The notes under the pieces are model-generated. The model made no database searches and was not told the origin of the DNA. It worked only from the letters and a program-made list of their open reading frames with translations. From positions 1 through 60,231 of the forward strand of contig CAMDJH010000004.1 in the NCBI GenBank assembly GCA_945900455.1: a stretch of 60,231 nt of DNA. Reading direction: 5' to 3'. The stretch is from Akkermansia muciniphila (lineage in GTDB: Bacteria; Verrucomicrobiota; Verrucomicrobiia; Limisphaerales; UBA9464). Position 1 is the first letter of the stretch; every line of letters starts with the position of its first letter. Shown here piece by piece: positions 27,146 through 35,964 of this stretch. The position numbers were made by a program, and so were the translations under genes.

Positions 27146-28489
27146 TCACCCAGCGGTTGCATGCGAACCCAAGCTCCGAACCCAACGCGCTACATACACG
27201 CCGTCCGCACCATCTCGAAACGGCAGAAGTTCACGCTCCGCCGTTAGGTGAAAACCGGGGTGTTTCGCAGAAAATTCCCTGGCGACCAGCGAATTTTCCT
27301 CAGGCTCGAGACTGCAGGTGCTGTAGACCAACGTTCCCCCCGGCTTCAGCAACGGTGCAGCCAGCGTCAGCAGCCTCAGCTGTTCAGTGGCGAGCCGACT
27401 GATCTCCTCCGGGCGAATCCGCCACCGCAATTCAATTCGCCGACGCAGAACTCCGGTGTTGGAACAGGGCGCATCGACCAGAATCCGATCGAACGTCGAC
27501 GGTTCCGCCACCACACCCGCACCCGCCTCGGTTGTCTCCACGCAAGTCACCCCAAGCCGTCGGCAGTTCTCCAGCACCCAACGCAACCGGTCACGACTGT
27601 TGTCATGAGCGACCAGTCGACCTTGGTTTTTCATCCGGGCCGCCATCCAGGTCGTCTTCCCGCCTGGCGCTGAACAGAAATCGAGTGCCACCTCGCCCGG
27701 TTGTGGATCCAATTGTTCCACCGCCAGCAGGGTGCTGGGGTCTTGCACGTAGAATCCCCCCTCTACAAAAGATCCCAATGTCGCCAGCGAGGGATGGTCT
27801 TTCAGTTCAAAAAGGATGCCATCCGGACACCAGTCGCGGTGAACAGGCTGAAAATCGACGAGTTCTTCTCGCCACCGGGCGGTCAATGAAACAGCGTCCG
27901 TTCGCAGGGTATTGAGTCGGGCGAAAGTCCCCGGAGGTGTGTTGTTGAGGGCCAGCAACCGAGTGGTGTCGTCCCGTCCCCATCGATCTTGCCACCGGTC
28001 GATAAGCCAAGCCGGATGAGACCACCCAACGGCAGGCTCGGATTCGCGCAAATCGAGCAGTTCCTTTCGGAGGGAATCTTGTTCCCGAAGACAGCCGCGT
28101 AAAACCGCATTCACGAACCCACTCTGTGACCCAAACCCAAGATCTCTAGCGAGTTGCACCGTTTCATTCACCGCAGCGTGGGCCGGAATCCGGTCGAGCC
28201 AGAACAACTGATAAAGCCCGGTTCGAAGGAGCTGTCTCAACGCCGGCTTTTGGGGCCGGGCCTGGGTTCGGCGGTCGATCAGCCAATCGAGGGTTGCGGA
28301 CCACCGAACGACTCCAAAAATCAGTTCGCGCGCAAGGCGCCCGTCGGCCGGTGAAAGCGCGGCCCAACCGGGATCCTCGTCAAGACGATGTTCGATGAAA
28401 TCTCCGGGTTGCCCGGCATTGAGCAAACAACGCACGGCAAATTCTCTTGGTTTCGATGCGGCCACGAAGGCATAGTGGCCGGACCTCAC
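27146..28489 (-). CDS. rsmB: 16S rRNA (cytosine967-C5)-methyltransferase RsmB/Sun
   Basis: NusB-like N-terminal domain (FVNAVLRG), then DFCSAPGGKTTWMA, DRILVDAPCSNTGVLRRR and LVYSTCSLEPEEN. The ORF is open to 28558 (GTG), but that would overlap the divergent greA-like gene. GTG starts at 28489 or 28465 are more plausible, so the start is uncertain. Confidence 0.85.
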   Translation of the reverse strand: MRSGHYAFVAASKPREFAVRCLLNAGQPGDFIEHRLDEDPGWAALSPADGRLARELIFGVVRWSATLDWLIDRRTQARPQKPALRQLLRTGLYQLFWLDRIPAHAAVNETVQLARDLGFGSQSGFVNAVLRGCLREQDSLRKELLDLRESEPAVGWSHPAWLIDRWQDRWGRDDTTRLLALNNTPPGTFARLNTLRTDAVSLTARWREELVDFQPVHRDWCPDGILFELKDHPSLATLGSFVEGGFYVQDPSTLLAVEQLDPQPGEVALDFCSAPGGKTTWMAARMKNQGRLVAHDNSRDRLRWVLENCRRLGVTCVETTEAGAGVVAEPSTFDRILVDAPCSNTGVLRRRIELRWRIRPEEISRLATEQLRLLTLAAPLLKPGGTLVYSTCSLEPEENSLVAREFSAKHPGFHLTAERELLPFRDGADGVYVARWVRSLGSHATAG

Positions 28490-28514
28490 GGAAACGTGCG
28501 AGGAATTACCAAAA

Positions 28515-30338
28515 ATGAAGGAAGAACTCGAGAAACTGGTCGCCACTGGAAAGATCACTCACCGGCACATCGAACCGCTGCTGGCTCTGGTCCAAGGTGG
28601 GTTCGGAGTGCATAAAAGCTGGGGGTTTGGGCGGATCCGAACCGTGGACATCGTTCTCGGGCGGTTGTCGATTGATTTTCATTCGAAGGCGGGACACGCG
28701 ATGGACCTGTCGTTTGCCGCCGAATCCCTGAAGCCCGTGGGCAAGGAGCATATCCTCGCACGTAAGGCCACGGACCTCCCCGGGCTCAAACAACAGGCCG
28801 CCTTGCATCACCTGGACGTTGTCCGCCTCGTGCTGCGAAGTTTCAATAACCGCGCCACAATTGATCAGATCCAGGCAGCGCTCGTACCGGATGTCATCGG
28901 CGAGGACTGGAAGAAATGGTGGGAGGCCGCCCGAACCGAGATGAAAAAGGACGGCCACTTCAACATCCCAGCCAAGAAGACAGAACCAATCCTGCTCCAG
29001 GAGACGGAGGTGTCGCTCCAGACGCGCCTCAGCTCCGAGTTCCGTACCGCCAAGGGCTTGAAGGCACGCATTGCGGTCGCACTCGAAGTCGCCAAATGCA
29101 TGGGAGACCTCCAGGACAAGCAGTCGGTCGTCACCGAAGTGCTCGGGGTACTAAACGCCGACATCCAGTCGCACCTTACCACGATGCCCTCCCTCGCTCT
29201 GGAGGGAATTTTTGCACGGGACGACGTGCGAGTGGCGGCGGGACTCGCCGCCGACCCGGCCGACCCCACGGAAGCCGCCGTGTGGGCCCATAGCCAGCGC
29301 CTTCACACGTTTTTTGACGAAACTTCTGCGCCTCGGCAACGGCGCGCCCTGGAATCGTTCAAGAACCACGTAACGGAATGGGGTCCGCAGCTCGTTGGAA
29401 TTCTCAATTCCAGCGGCGCCCGACTCTGCGGCGAAACGGCCCGCCTTCTCATGCAGGAGGGAAAGACCCAACTACTGTACGACACCCTCGCTCGCCTCAT
29501 TGGCCAGCACGGGGCGAGCAGCGAGCTCTTGTTATGGTTCGGCAAGGAGCGAAGCGAGGCGTTCGTGGAACTGTTCACTCCGGAAGTCTTCCGCGCGATG
29601 CTGACGGCCATGGAACGGGATGCATTCAACGAAAAGAAGTCCAATCGCCTTCACGATTTCATCCTCTCCGATCAACAACTGCTCCCGGAATTGATCGAGT
29701 CCACCGATTTCGACGTAATCAAGGATTTGACCCGTAATCTCCAGTTATCCCCTGCGTTTGACGACATGGACAAGCGCTCGCTCCTCGGCCGCATCGTTAA
29801 GCAATATCCGGCGATTCAGAGCATGATCACCGGGGATCAAAAGAAGGACAAAGAGGACCAAACGTTCGTCGTTTCGTGGCCGAGCCTCGAGCGGCGGAAA
29901 GCGGAGTACGAAGAGCTCGTGCAAAAAAGAGTTCCGGCCAACGTGAAGGATATTGCCCTCGCTCGCAGTTACGGGGACCTCCGCGAGAACGCGGAATACA
30001 AGGCAGCCAAAGAAACCCAAAAGGTCCTCTCTCGCCGGAAACATGAGCTCGAAGTGGAATTGAACCGCGCGCGCGGCACCGACTTTGACAATCCCCGACT
30101 CGATGTCGTCAGCCCCGGAACCATCATTCGCGTCCTCGACCTCGCCAGCAACAAACCCGAAACCTATTCCATTCTCGGGGCTTGGGACGGTGATCCCGAC
30201 AAGAATATCCTTAGCTATCTGACCCCCCTGGCGAAGGCGTTCGTCGGACAGCCCGTCGGCAAGGAAGTTGAATTCACCGAGATCGGCGAAAAACGACGCT
30301 TCCGAATCGAGCATATCGAAGCTTTCAAAAAGAGCTAA
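28515..30338 (+). CDS. GreA/GreB-family transcript cleavage factor homologue with a ~450-aa N-terminal extension
   Basis: The C-terminal ~150 aa match GreA throughout (ARSYGDLRENAEYKAAKETQ...RKHELEVEL..A...D......VSPGTIIRVLDL......YSILGAWDGDPD.NILSYLTPLAKAFVGQPVGKEV). I do not recognise the N-terminal 450 aa. Confidence 0.8.
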   Translation: MKEELEKLVATGKITHRHIEPLLALVQGGFGVHKSWGFGRIRTVDIVLGRLSIDFHSKAGHAMDLSFAAESLKPVGKEHILARKATDLPGLKQQAALHHLDVVRLVLRSFNNRATIDQIQAALVPDVIGEDWKKWWEAARTEMKKDGHFNIPAKKTEPILLQETEVSLQTRLSSEFRTAKGLKARIAVALEVAKCMGDLQDKQSVVTEVLGVLNADIQSHLTTMPSLALEGIFARDDVRVAAGLAADPADPTEAAVWAHSQRLHTFFDETSAPRQRRALESFKNHVTEWGPQLVGILNSSGARLCGETARLLMQEGKTQLLYDTLARLIGQHGASSELLLWFGKERSEAFVELFTPEVFRAMLTAMERDAFNEKKSNRLHDFILSDQQLLPELIESTDFDVIKDLTRNLQLSPAFDDMDKRSLLGRIVKQYPAIQSMITGDQKKDKEDQTFVVSWPSLERRKAEYEELVQKRVPANVKDIALARSYGDLRENAEYKAAKETQKVLSRRKHELEVELNRARGTDFDNPRLDVVSPGTIIRVLDLASNKPETYSILGAWDGDPDKNILSYLTPLAKAFVGQPVGKEVEFTEIGEKRRFRIEHIEAFKKS

Positions 30339-30417
30339 CGGCAGGGAATTCGACGGAATAGCATTTACTCCCCATAATCCAAAAGCCGGACCCGGCTAGA
30401 ACAAATCAGTCCGCGTT

Positions 30418-30465
30418 GGGCCATATCCAGGTTTGGCCCAATATCAGTTCGGCCGGCCCAATCTC
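30418..30465. repeat. Three direct GGCC(C)A(A)T(A/C)TC motifs spaced 16-20 bp
   Basis: Read directly: GGGCCATATCC (30418-30428), GGCCCAATATC (30435-30445) and GGCCCAATCTC (30455-30465), in non-coding DNA downstream of the greA-like gene. Confidence 0.6.
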
Positions 30466-30491
30466 CACGTTTAACATGAGCGCCGGGTTTT

Positions 30492-30567
30492 CATTCGTGT
30501 CATTCGTGTGATTCGTGGGCACACCCGCATTTTCTTTTGCCCACGAATCACACGAATCACACGAATG
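30492..30567. repeat. Large imperfect palindrome: 29-nt arms (28/29 complementary) built from three CACGAATCA-type 9-mers, with an 18-nt spacer
   Basis: Left arm 30492-30520 is CATTCGTGTCATTCGTGTGATTCGTGGGC. Right arm 30539-30567 is GCCCACGAATCACACGAATCACACGAATG. The spacer is ACACCCGCATTTTCTTTT. Confidence 0.9.
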
Positions 30568-31101
30568 CCTGAGCCGATTGACGCTGGTATTCTTCGAGGT
30601 CCGGAGGCCGAACCAGGCTGCTCCAGTGAACACGCCGGTTGCGTCGTGGTTCCATGCTGTATGCCCTCGGCGGCGCGTCACTGAGCAGCAGCGTATAGAT
30701 CACCTTCTGGTTCTGGAGAGCCAGGGGCCCTGGAGATTGGCCATATTTGGCGCGTGTGTCTTGACAGGACACTCGGCATTTAGCAAAGCCGCGGAGCGGC
30801 GTCAGACCCTAGCCCACGGCGTGAGCCGTGGCTTCGTGTTGGCGCAAAACGCGAGCCCCGTCAGGGGCGACAGAGCCTGAGGATAATGAGCCATATTGTG
30901 GAGTTATTCCCAAACTCCGAAACTTCGCTGCTCATGCCGGTCACCGGCCCCTCAATTTTTGTTCCAGATATCCGAGACGCTACGAAGGCAGATCTTGAGG
31001 GGGCCTTGACCTGGCGCTTCCCGAATTTCGATGCGGCGTTGTTCGCCAACGCTTGCGAGGCGGGCTGCTAGCAGGCACCGTGCATATCGAAATGCAGCCC
31101 A

Positions 31102-31380
31102 ATGAACTTCGTCATTATGCCTCCTACCAAAAGAACACCCCAAGAGGAACACATCGAGTACCACAAAGACGGTAGCATTTGGGCCAAAGGCCAGACTGCC
31201 AAGGGAGTCCCCTCTGGGTATTGGGAGTGGTTCCGATTAGACGGAACGAAGATGCGCTCGGGGCACTTCGACAACGGTCAGCAAACTGGCGAGTGGACCA
31301 CCTACGACAAGAAGGGGCAGGTCTACAAGGTAACCAAGATGAAAACGAAAAAGAGGGAAATGACAAAACCCCAGCGGTAG
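31102..31380 (+). CDS. MORN-repeat-variant protein (YwqK-family antitoxin-like)
   Basis: 92 aa. [59 protein letters not shown] shows the G..G.W..Y...G repeat. GC content is lower than in the surroundings. Confidence 0.6.
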   Translation: MNFVIMPPTKRTPQEEHIEYHKDGSIWAKGQTAKGVPSGYWEWFRLDGTKMRSGHFDNGQQTGEWTTYDKKGQVYKVTKMKTKKREMTKPQR

Positions 31381-31396
31381 CGGAACGCCGTGCATT

Positions 31397-31542
31397 CCGA
31401 AGTTGTTGGAGAAGGGTGCGGACGCCGCGCTGCGGCGTCCCCGCGCCGTTCAGGCGCGGCACGAACCGCCCTGCGGCCCTGTTCCGCCCGCTGTACGCGG
31501 GCGGGGTTGTCGCAGCGCGACAACCTCTACCAACAACCGCGG
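31397..31542. repeat. MITE-like element, copy 1 (146 bp, with a 41-bp internal insertion relative to copy 2)
   Basis: The terminal inverted repeats CCGAAGTTGTTGGAGAAGG ... CCTCTACCAACAACCGCGG are about 16/19 complementary. Apart from the 41-bp indel it is about 93% identical by eye to the reverse complement of 52181-52285. Confidence 0.8.
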
Positions 31543-31621
31543 GATGCACCGGCCATCCAGCCGTCCAGGCACGCGTTGCTTGAGCATTGCCTTTCGGGCC
31601 GCAGCACGATTGGATTACTCC

Positions 31622-32326
31622 ATGAATCCCGGTTCCCGCTCTCTTCGGCGCCCCTTCCGGTGCTGCCTTGTGGCAAAACCGTCACGTGGTTTCACGCTGA
31701 TCGAACTGCTCGTCGTGATCGCGATCATTGCAATTCTGGCCTCGATGCTTCTGCCGATGCTCGGTCGCTCGACCGAGATGGCCCGCCGAATGCATTGCGT
31801 GAACAACCTGAAGCAAGTGGGGCTCGGCATTCGGCTCTACCAGGAGGACAACCGGGATCGTCCCCCGCTCTTCCTGGTAAATCCAGGCCTTCGCACCGGT
31901 TTTGCCGGAGGCGGCACCAACTACCTGGAGGGCTCTAAGTATCTTTCCACCACCAATGTATTTATCTGCAAATCCGACCGTACGAGCGGGCGCATACCGA
32001 TTGATCTGGGGTGGGAGTACTACGGGACGCTCGGTGAATTCACCACGAGTTACGCCTACCACATGGGCGCTTCTCAGCAGGTGACTCCCGAAGGAAAGCA
32101 GTGGCTCAAAGATCAGATTAGTCGGTGGCAAGGACGCTTCATCGTGGCTGCCTGCCCCTGGCATCGACATCTCTACAGCGGATGGACCGCCAAACTGCAA
32201 CCCGGTTTATGGAAGAAGACCAACGTTCGGGACCTCGCTCTGAGATACGATGGTGCCGTGGACAGTTTTTTCTGGCCCTCGAGCAACTGGGAGGAAGAGC
32301 CGTATATCCGGACGAAACCACCCTAG
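31622..32326 (+). CDS. Prepilin-type N-terminal cleavage/methylation domain protein (DUF1559-like)
   Basis: [49 protein letters not shown]. The start is taken at the ATG at 31622 (MNPGSRSL...). The upstream part of the ORF-track ORF runs through the MITE-like repeat. Confidence 0.8.
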   Translation: MNPGSRSLRRPFRCCLVAKPSRGFTLIELLVVIAIIAILASMLLPMLGRSTEMARRMHCVNNLKQVGLGIRLYQEDNRDRPPLFLVNPGLRTGFAGGGTNYLEGSKYLSTTNVFICKSDRTSGRIPIDLGWEYYGTLGEFTTSYAYHMGASQQVTPEGKQWLKDQISRWQGRFIVAACPWHRHLYSGWTAKLQPGLWKKTNVRDLALRYDGAVDSFFWPSSNWEEEPYIRTKPP

Positions 32327-32352
32327 ACGCGTCTATTCGCGTCCATTTTTTT
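32326..32352 (+). terminator. Intrinsic terminator after the pilin-like gene
   Basis: GACGCG-TCTATT-CGCGTC hairpin immediately after the TAG stop, followed by CATTTTTTT. Confidence 0.6.
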
Positions 32353-32387
32353 GGAGGGCTTCCATCGGGTTCGAGCATCTTTGCCAA

Positions 32388-33497
32388 CTACCGGACGGCA
32401 GATTTAAGAAACCAGATCCGGGGCGCTTCGCAGTCAAGGACGGCGCGGGTCGCCGTGAGGAGGTCAGAGCCGAGAATTCCGCGCGGGAGAAGCAGGCTCT
32501 GCTGGCCTGGACTTAGATTCCACGGTGCAAGATCGGCCACCGATATCGTGAGATTGGTGAAAACTGACTCGCCCAGCTCAAGCCGCGGGATCCGAACGTC
32601 CGTCGCGGACGAACTTCGTCCTTCGACACCTCCCTGCATCCAATCCACACTCGATCTTATCTTCACACCCAATTCTTGAGCCAGGCTTCGATCCAAGACC
32701 GTGCGGTATCCCCCGGTATCGACCAGCAAACTCACCAGTCGGTCGTTCACACGGGCGGCCACCAACCATTTTCCCGGCGGCAGGTAGATCGGCACGACCG
32801 GAGCAAAGCCACTTAACCGGAAGGATTCTTCGATTTCCTTTGTTTCCACCGCCGAACGCGCCGCGTCGCGAACAAACAGTCCCGGCGGCTGACCGTAATC
32901 AATTACCGCACGATGATTTTGCAGAAATGGAACACCGAGGATCGCATCACAATCGAGCACGCCCTTCATTCCGACAATTGGCATCCGTGGAAGAGACATA
33001 CCCTGCTGCCACCAACGGGTCACGATGGCCACTTCTGCCGGAAATGGCCGCCCCTCCAATTCGAAATGGTCCAGGCGCACAAACTGAAAGGATCCCGGCG
33101 GGTACCCCGGTGGAGTCAGCGCGGCTTGCTCCGGTCCGGACACTCGTGGCAGGCGGGTCGCCCGGTTGGTTTCCACCGCATTGAAGGTGAAACCGGTGTC
33201 GACGAGAAAGCGCGCTCGCTTGCCGTCGATCCGCCCGTTCACTATCAGGTGTTGTTCCAGAGCTCGGTCCACGTTGACGACCGAGTATCCGCGTTTCTCC
33301 ATGAATTGGCGGAACGTCGGCGGCCGGACCCGGCTCTCGCGGGCCAAAATCCATGAGACGGAAAGAAAGCCGAGCATAAACACTCCGGCCGCCCAACCGT
33401 GAAAGAGGCGTGTCCGCACGCGACGGGGCACTGCGACTGCGTTCTGGTTGGGCATCTCCGGAGAGGGTGCGGGCTTCTTGGAGATTGCCCAGTTCAA
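32388..33497 (-). CDS. Membrane-anchored protein with two retropepsin-like (clan AA) aspartic protease domains
   Basis: N-terminal TM segment (WAAGVFMLGFLSVSWIL). Two DTG active-site motifs sit in the typical context: NGRIDGKRARFLVDTGFTFNAV and VNDRLVSLLVDTGGYRTVLD. Confidence 0.7.
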   Translation of the reverse strand: MNWAISKKPAPSPEMPNQNAVAVPRRVRTRLFHGWAAGVFMLGFLSVSWILARESRVRPPTFRQFMEKRGYSVVNVDRALEQHLIVNGRIDGKRARFLVDTGFTFNAVETNRATRLPRVSGPEQAALTPPGYPPGSFQFVRLDHFELEGRPFPAEVAIVTRWWQQGMSLPRMPIVGMKGVLDCDAILGVPFLQNHRAVIDYGQPPGLFVRDAARSAVETKEIEESFRLSGFAPVVPIYLPPGKWLVAARVNDRLVSLLVDTGGYRTVLDRSLAQELGVKIRSSVDWMQGGVEGRSSSATDVRIPRLELGESVFTNLTISVADLAPWNLSPGQQSLLLPRGILGSDLLTATRAVLDCEAPRIWFLKSAVR

Positions 33498-33659
33498 AAA
33501 ACCGATTGGACACCGACTGGCTGCTCGCTATGGTTGGCGGCCCGATTCCTGCGGATTCGGGGTTCCACGCGCGGATCTCGGCGTTTCGATTTTCGACGGC
33601 GGACCAATGCCCGATTGCCGTGCTTATTTGACCGCCTGATTTCGACCGCCTTTCTTTTT

Positions 33660-34928
33660 ATGGCCAAGCTCTCGGTCACCGACCTGAACGTCACCGGCAA
33701 GCGGGTTTTCCTGCGCGTGGACTACAATGTCCCGATGGAGGAAAAGGACGGCGGTATGGTCATCAACGATTCCACCCGGATCCAGGAAACCCTGCCGACC
33801 CTCCAGCACCTTGTCAGCCGGGGAGCGCGACTGGTGCTTGCCGCGCATCTGGGTCGTCCCGACGGCAAACGGGAGCCCACCATGAGTTTGCGGCCCGTAG
33901 CTGAAAAACTGGCGACAATGCTTGGCCGCCCGGTTCAATTTGTTGACGACTGCGTGGGTGAAAAGGCCGAAGCCGCCGCGAAGGGCCTCAAAGACGGCGA
34001 GATTCTCCTGCTGGAAAATGTGCGATTTCACGCTGAGGAAGAGGAAAACGACCCCGTTTTCGCTGCTCACCTCGCACGGCTTGCTGAGATTTACGTCAAC
34101 GACGCCTTTGGCGCCGCGCATCGCGCCCACGCCTCGACCTGCGGCGTCGCCCGGATCATAAAAGCGTGGGGGGGGACCTGTGCGGCCGGTCTTTTGATGC
34201 TACGGGAGCTCCAGTTCTTGGGGGATGAATTGGAACAGCCCGGCCGCCCGTTCGTCGTTATCCTCGGCGGGGCCAAGGTTTCGGATAAAATCAAAGTCAT
34301 CGACCGCCTTCTCGACAAGGCCGATACGATTCTGATCGGCGGCGCCATGGCGTACACGTTCAAGTTGGCCCACGGTGGGAAAACCGGGAAATCGCTGATT
34401 GAAAAGGACCATGTCGGCACGGCGCTCGCTGCGGAGGAGAAGGCCCGGAAGCGCGGAGTAACATTCCTGCTCCCTTCCGATACCGTCATTGCGACGCCGG
34501 TTGACACTGGAAAGCTGAACAAGAAGGGCAAAGCCGTCTACGACCTTCAGAATCCCCGAGTCGTCCACGGCGACATTCCAGACGATGCGGAAGGGTTCGA
34601 CATCGGTCCTGAAACCGCGAAGCGGTACGCAGCCGTGCTGACCGGCGCCAAGACGATTCTTTGGAACGGGCCGATGGGCATGTTTGAAGATGCACGGTTC
34701 GCCGCAGGAACCACGGCGGTGGCACAGGCGGTGGTCGCCGCCACCCGGGAGCACGGTGCGAAATCCATCATTGGCGGTGGTGATTCTGTGAAGGCCGTGA
34801 ACAAGGCTGGACTGGGGGACAAGGTTAGTTTTGCGAGCACTGGTGGTGGAGCCAGTCTCGAGTTCTTGGAGGGCGCTCCACTCCCCGGAGTCACCTGCCT
34901 GGATGAAACAACAGGAAAACACAGTTGA
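33660..34928 (+). CDS. pgk: Phosphoglycerate kinase
   Basis: MAKLSVTDLNVTGKRVFLRVDYNVPM...AHLGRP...NDAFGAAHRAHAST...STGGGASLEFLEG. The start is taken at the ATG at 33660. Confidence 0.95.
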   Translation: MAKLSVTDLNVTGKRVFLRVDYNVPMEEKDGGMVINDSTRIQETLPTLQHLVSRGARLVLAAHLGRPDGKREPTMSLRPVAEKLATMLGRPVQFVDDCVGEKAEAAAKGLKDGEILLLENVRFHAEEEENDPVFAAHLARLAEIYVNDAFGAAHRAHASTCGVARIIKAWGGTCAAGLLMLRELQFLGDELEQPGRPFVVILGGAKVSDKIKVIDRLLDKADTILIGGAMAYTFKLAHGGKTGKSLIEKDHVGTALAAEEKARKRGVTFLLPSDTVIATPVDTGKLNKKGKAVYDLQNPRVVHGDIPDDAEGFDIGPETAKRYAAVLTGAKTILWNGPMGMFEDARFAAGTTAVAQAVVAATREHGAKSIIGGGDSVKAVNKAGLGDKVSFASTGGGASLEFLEGAPLPGVTCLDETTGKHS

Positions 34929-34980
34929 CGAGTCCCCGGGCGATTGATACTTCCTTCGCTCCTTTTGATTGGAACTTTTG

Positions 34981-35415
34981 ATGAAGACTTATCTTCCGAA
35001 GCCGGACATGCAGCGACGTGCCTGGCAGATTATTGATGCCAACGGTGCCGTCCTAGGCCGATTAGCGGTCCAGGTAGCCGACATTTTGCGCGGCAAGAAC
35101 AAACCGACCTTCACGCGGCACCTTGATGCCGGCGATTTCGTGGTCGTGATCAACGCCGCTCAAGTTGTGCTCACGGGCAAGAAGGAGACCGCCAAAGAGT
35201 ACATGTCCTATTCCGGATGGAAGGGCGGAGAAAAATACCGCACGGTTGCTCAGGTCCGGGCGGCCCACCCCGAACGCCTCGTGCTCCACGCCGTCAAAGG
35301 CATGCTGCCGAAAAATCGCCTTGCAGACCGGCTTTTGACCAAACTGAAGGTTTACCCAGGCGCCGATCACCCTCACGCCGCCCAAATGCCGGCCAAGCTC
35401 GAGTACGCAGGTTAA
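34981..35415 (+). CDS. rplM: 50S ribosomal protein L13
   Basis: [58 protein letters not shown]. The ATG at 34981 is preferred over the TTG at 34969. Confidence 0.95.
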   Translation: MKTYLPKPDMQRRAWQIIDANGAVLGRLAVQVADILRGKNKPTFTRHLDAGDFVVVINAAQVVLTGKKETAKEYMSYSGWKGGEKYRTVAQVRAAHPERLVLHAVKGMLPKNRLADRLLTKLKVYPGADHPHAAQMPAKLEYAG

Positions 35416-35434
35416 ACTTTTTCCAAATCAAATC

Positions 35435-35833
35435 ATGGTCACTAAAGTCATAGAATTTCTCGGTACTGGCCGCCGCAAGACGTCCGTCGCCCGGGTCCGC
35501 CTCGCCTCCGGGGCAGGAAAGGTCACCGTAAACAACCGCCCCTTCGAGGTCTACTTTCCGCTGGAACAACAGCGGATGGCTGTGCTGCAGCCGTTTACGG
35601 CGACATCGACGACGGGGAAGTTTGATGTTCGCGTGAACGTGCAGGGCGGTGGCCCCACCGGGCAGGCGGGCGCAACTCGCCATGGTATCGCCCGCGCCCT
35701 CCTCAGGGCCGATCTCGCCTACCGTCCCCTCCTCAAAGCCGAAGGTCTTCTCACGCGCGATCCTCGTATGAAGGAACGTAAGAAGTACGGCCAGCCGGGT
35801 GCGCGTGCTCGTTTCCAGTTCTCGAAACGCTGA
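35435..35833 (+). CDS. rpsI: 30S ribosomal protein S9
   Basis: [30 protein letters not shown]...[19 protein letters not shown]...[27 protein letters not shown]. Confidence 0.95.
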   Translation: MVTKVIEFLGTGRRKTSVARVRLASGAGKVTVNNRPFEVYFPLEQQRMAVLQPFTATSTTGKFDVRVNVQGGGPTGQAGATRHGIARALLRADLAYRPLLKAEGLLTRDPRMKERKKYGQPGARARFQFSKR

Positions 35834-35852
35834 TCGTGCAATCCTCTTTCAA

Positions 35853-35889
35853 CCCCGCCCGTCCTTGCCGACGGCGGGGTTTTTGTTTT
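35853..35889 (+). terminator. Intrinsic terminator of the rplM-rpsI operon
   Basis: CCCCGCC(C)GTC-CTTGCC-GACGGCGGGG stem-loop followed by TTTTTGTTTT. Confidence 0.75.
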
Positions 35890-35964
35890 GCCCCCTATCC
35901 CATTCGACTTTCAGTCCCCTAAACTCCCCGAGCGCGAAGCGCCCGGTCCAGTCCCCCTCCATCC

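Noticed and set aside
30492-30567. Possible CRISPR array suggested by the repeated CACGAATCA units and the HESHESHE translation.
   Set aside because: The units are 9 bp, directly abutting with no spacers, and arranged as one palindrome. There are no cas genes anywhere in the window.
30557-30772. 71-aa minus-strand ORF whose segment APPRAYSMEPRRNRRVHWSS...DLEEYQRQ faintly resembles the YHVMNRGNRR..IF..DEDR..FL N-terminus of IS200-like/REP-associated tyrosine transposases. This would be tempting given the adjacent palindromes.
   Set aside because: I can place only about 6 identities in 30 positions by eye. The catalytic HUH and Tyr regions are absent. It cannot be distinguished from chance without a profile search.
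30886-31071. 61-aa ORF (MSHIVELFPNSETSLLMPVTGPSIFVPDIRDATKADLEGALTWRFPNFDAALFANACEAGC) upstream of the MORN/YwqK-like gene, possibly a toxin C-terminal relic.
   Set aside because: I recognise no motif, there is no obvious ribosome-binding site, and it is short. It is left unannotated and mentioned only as context in the islet finding.
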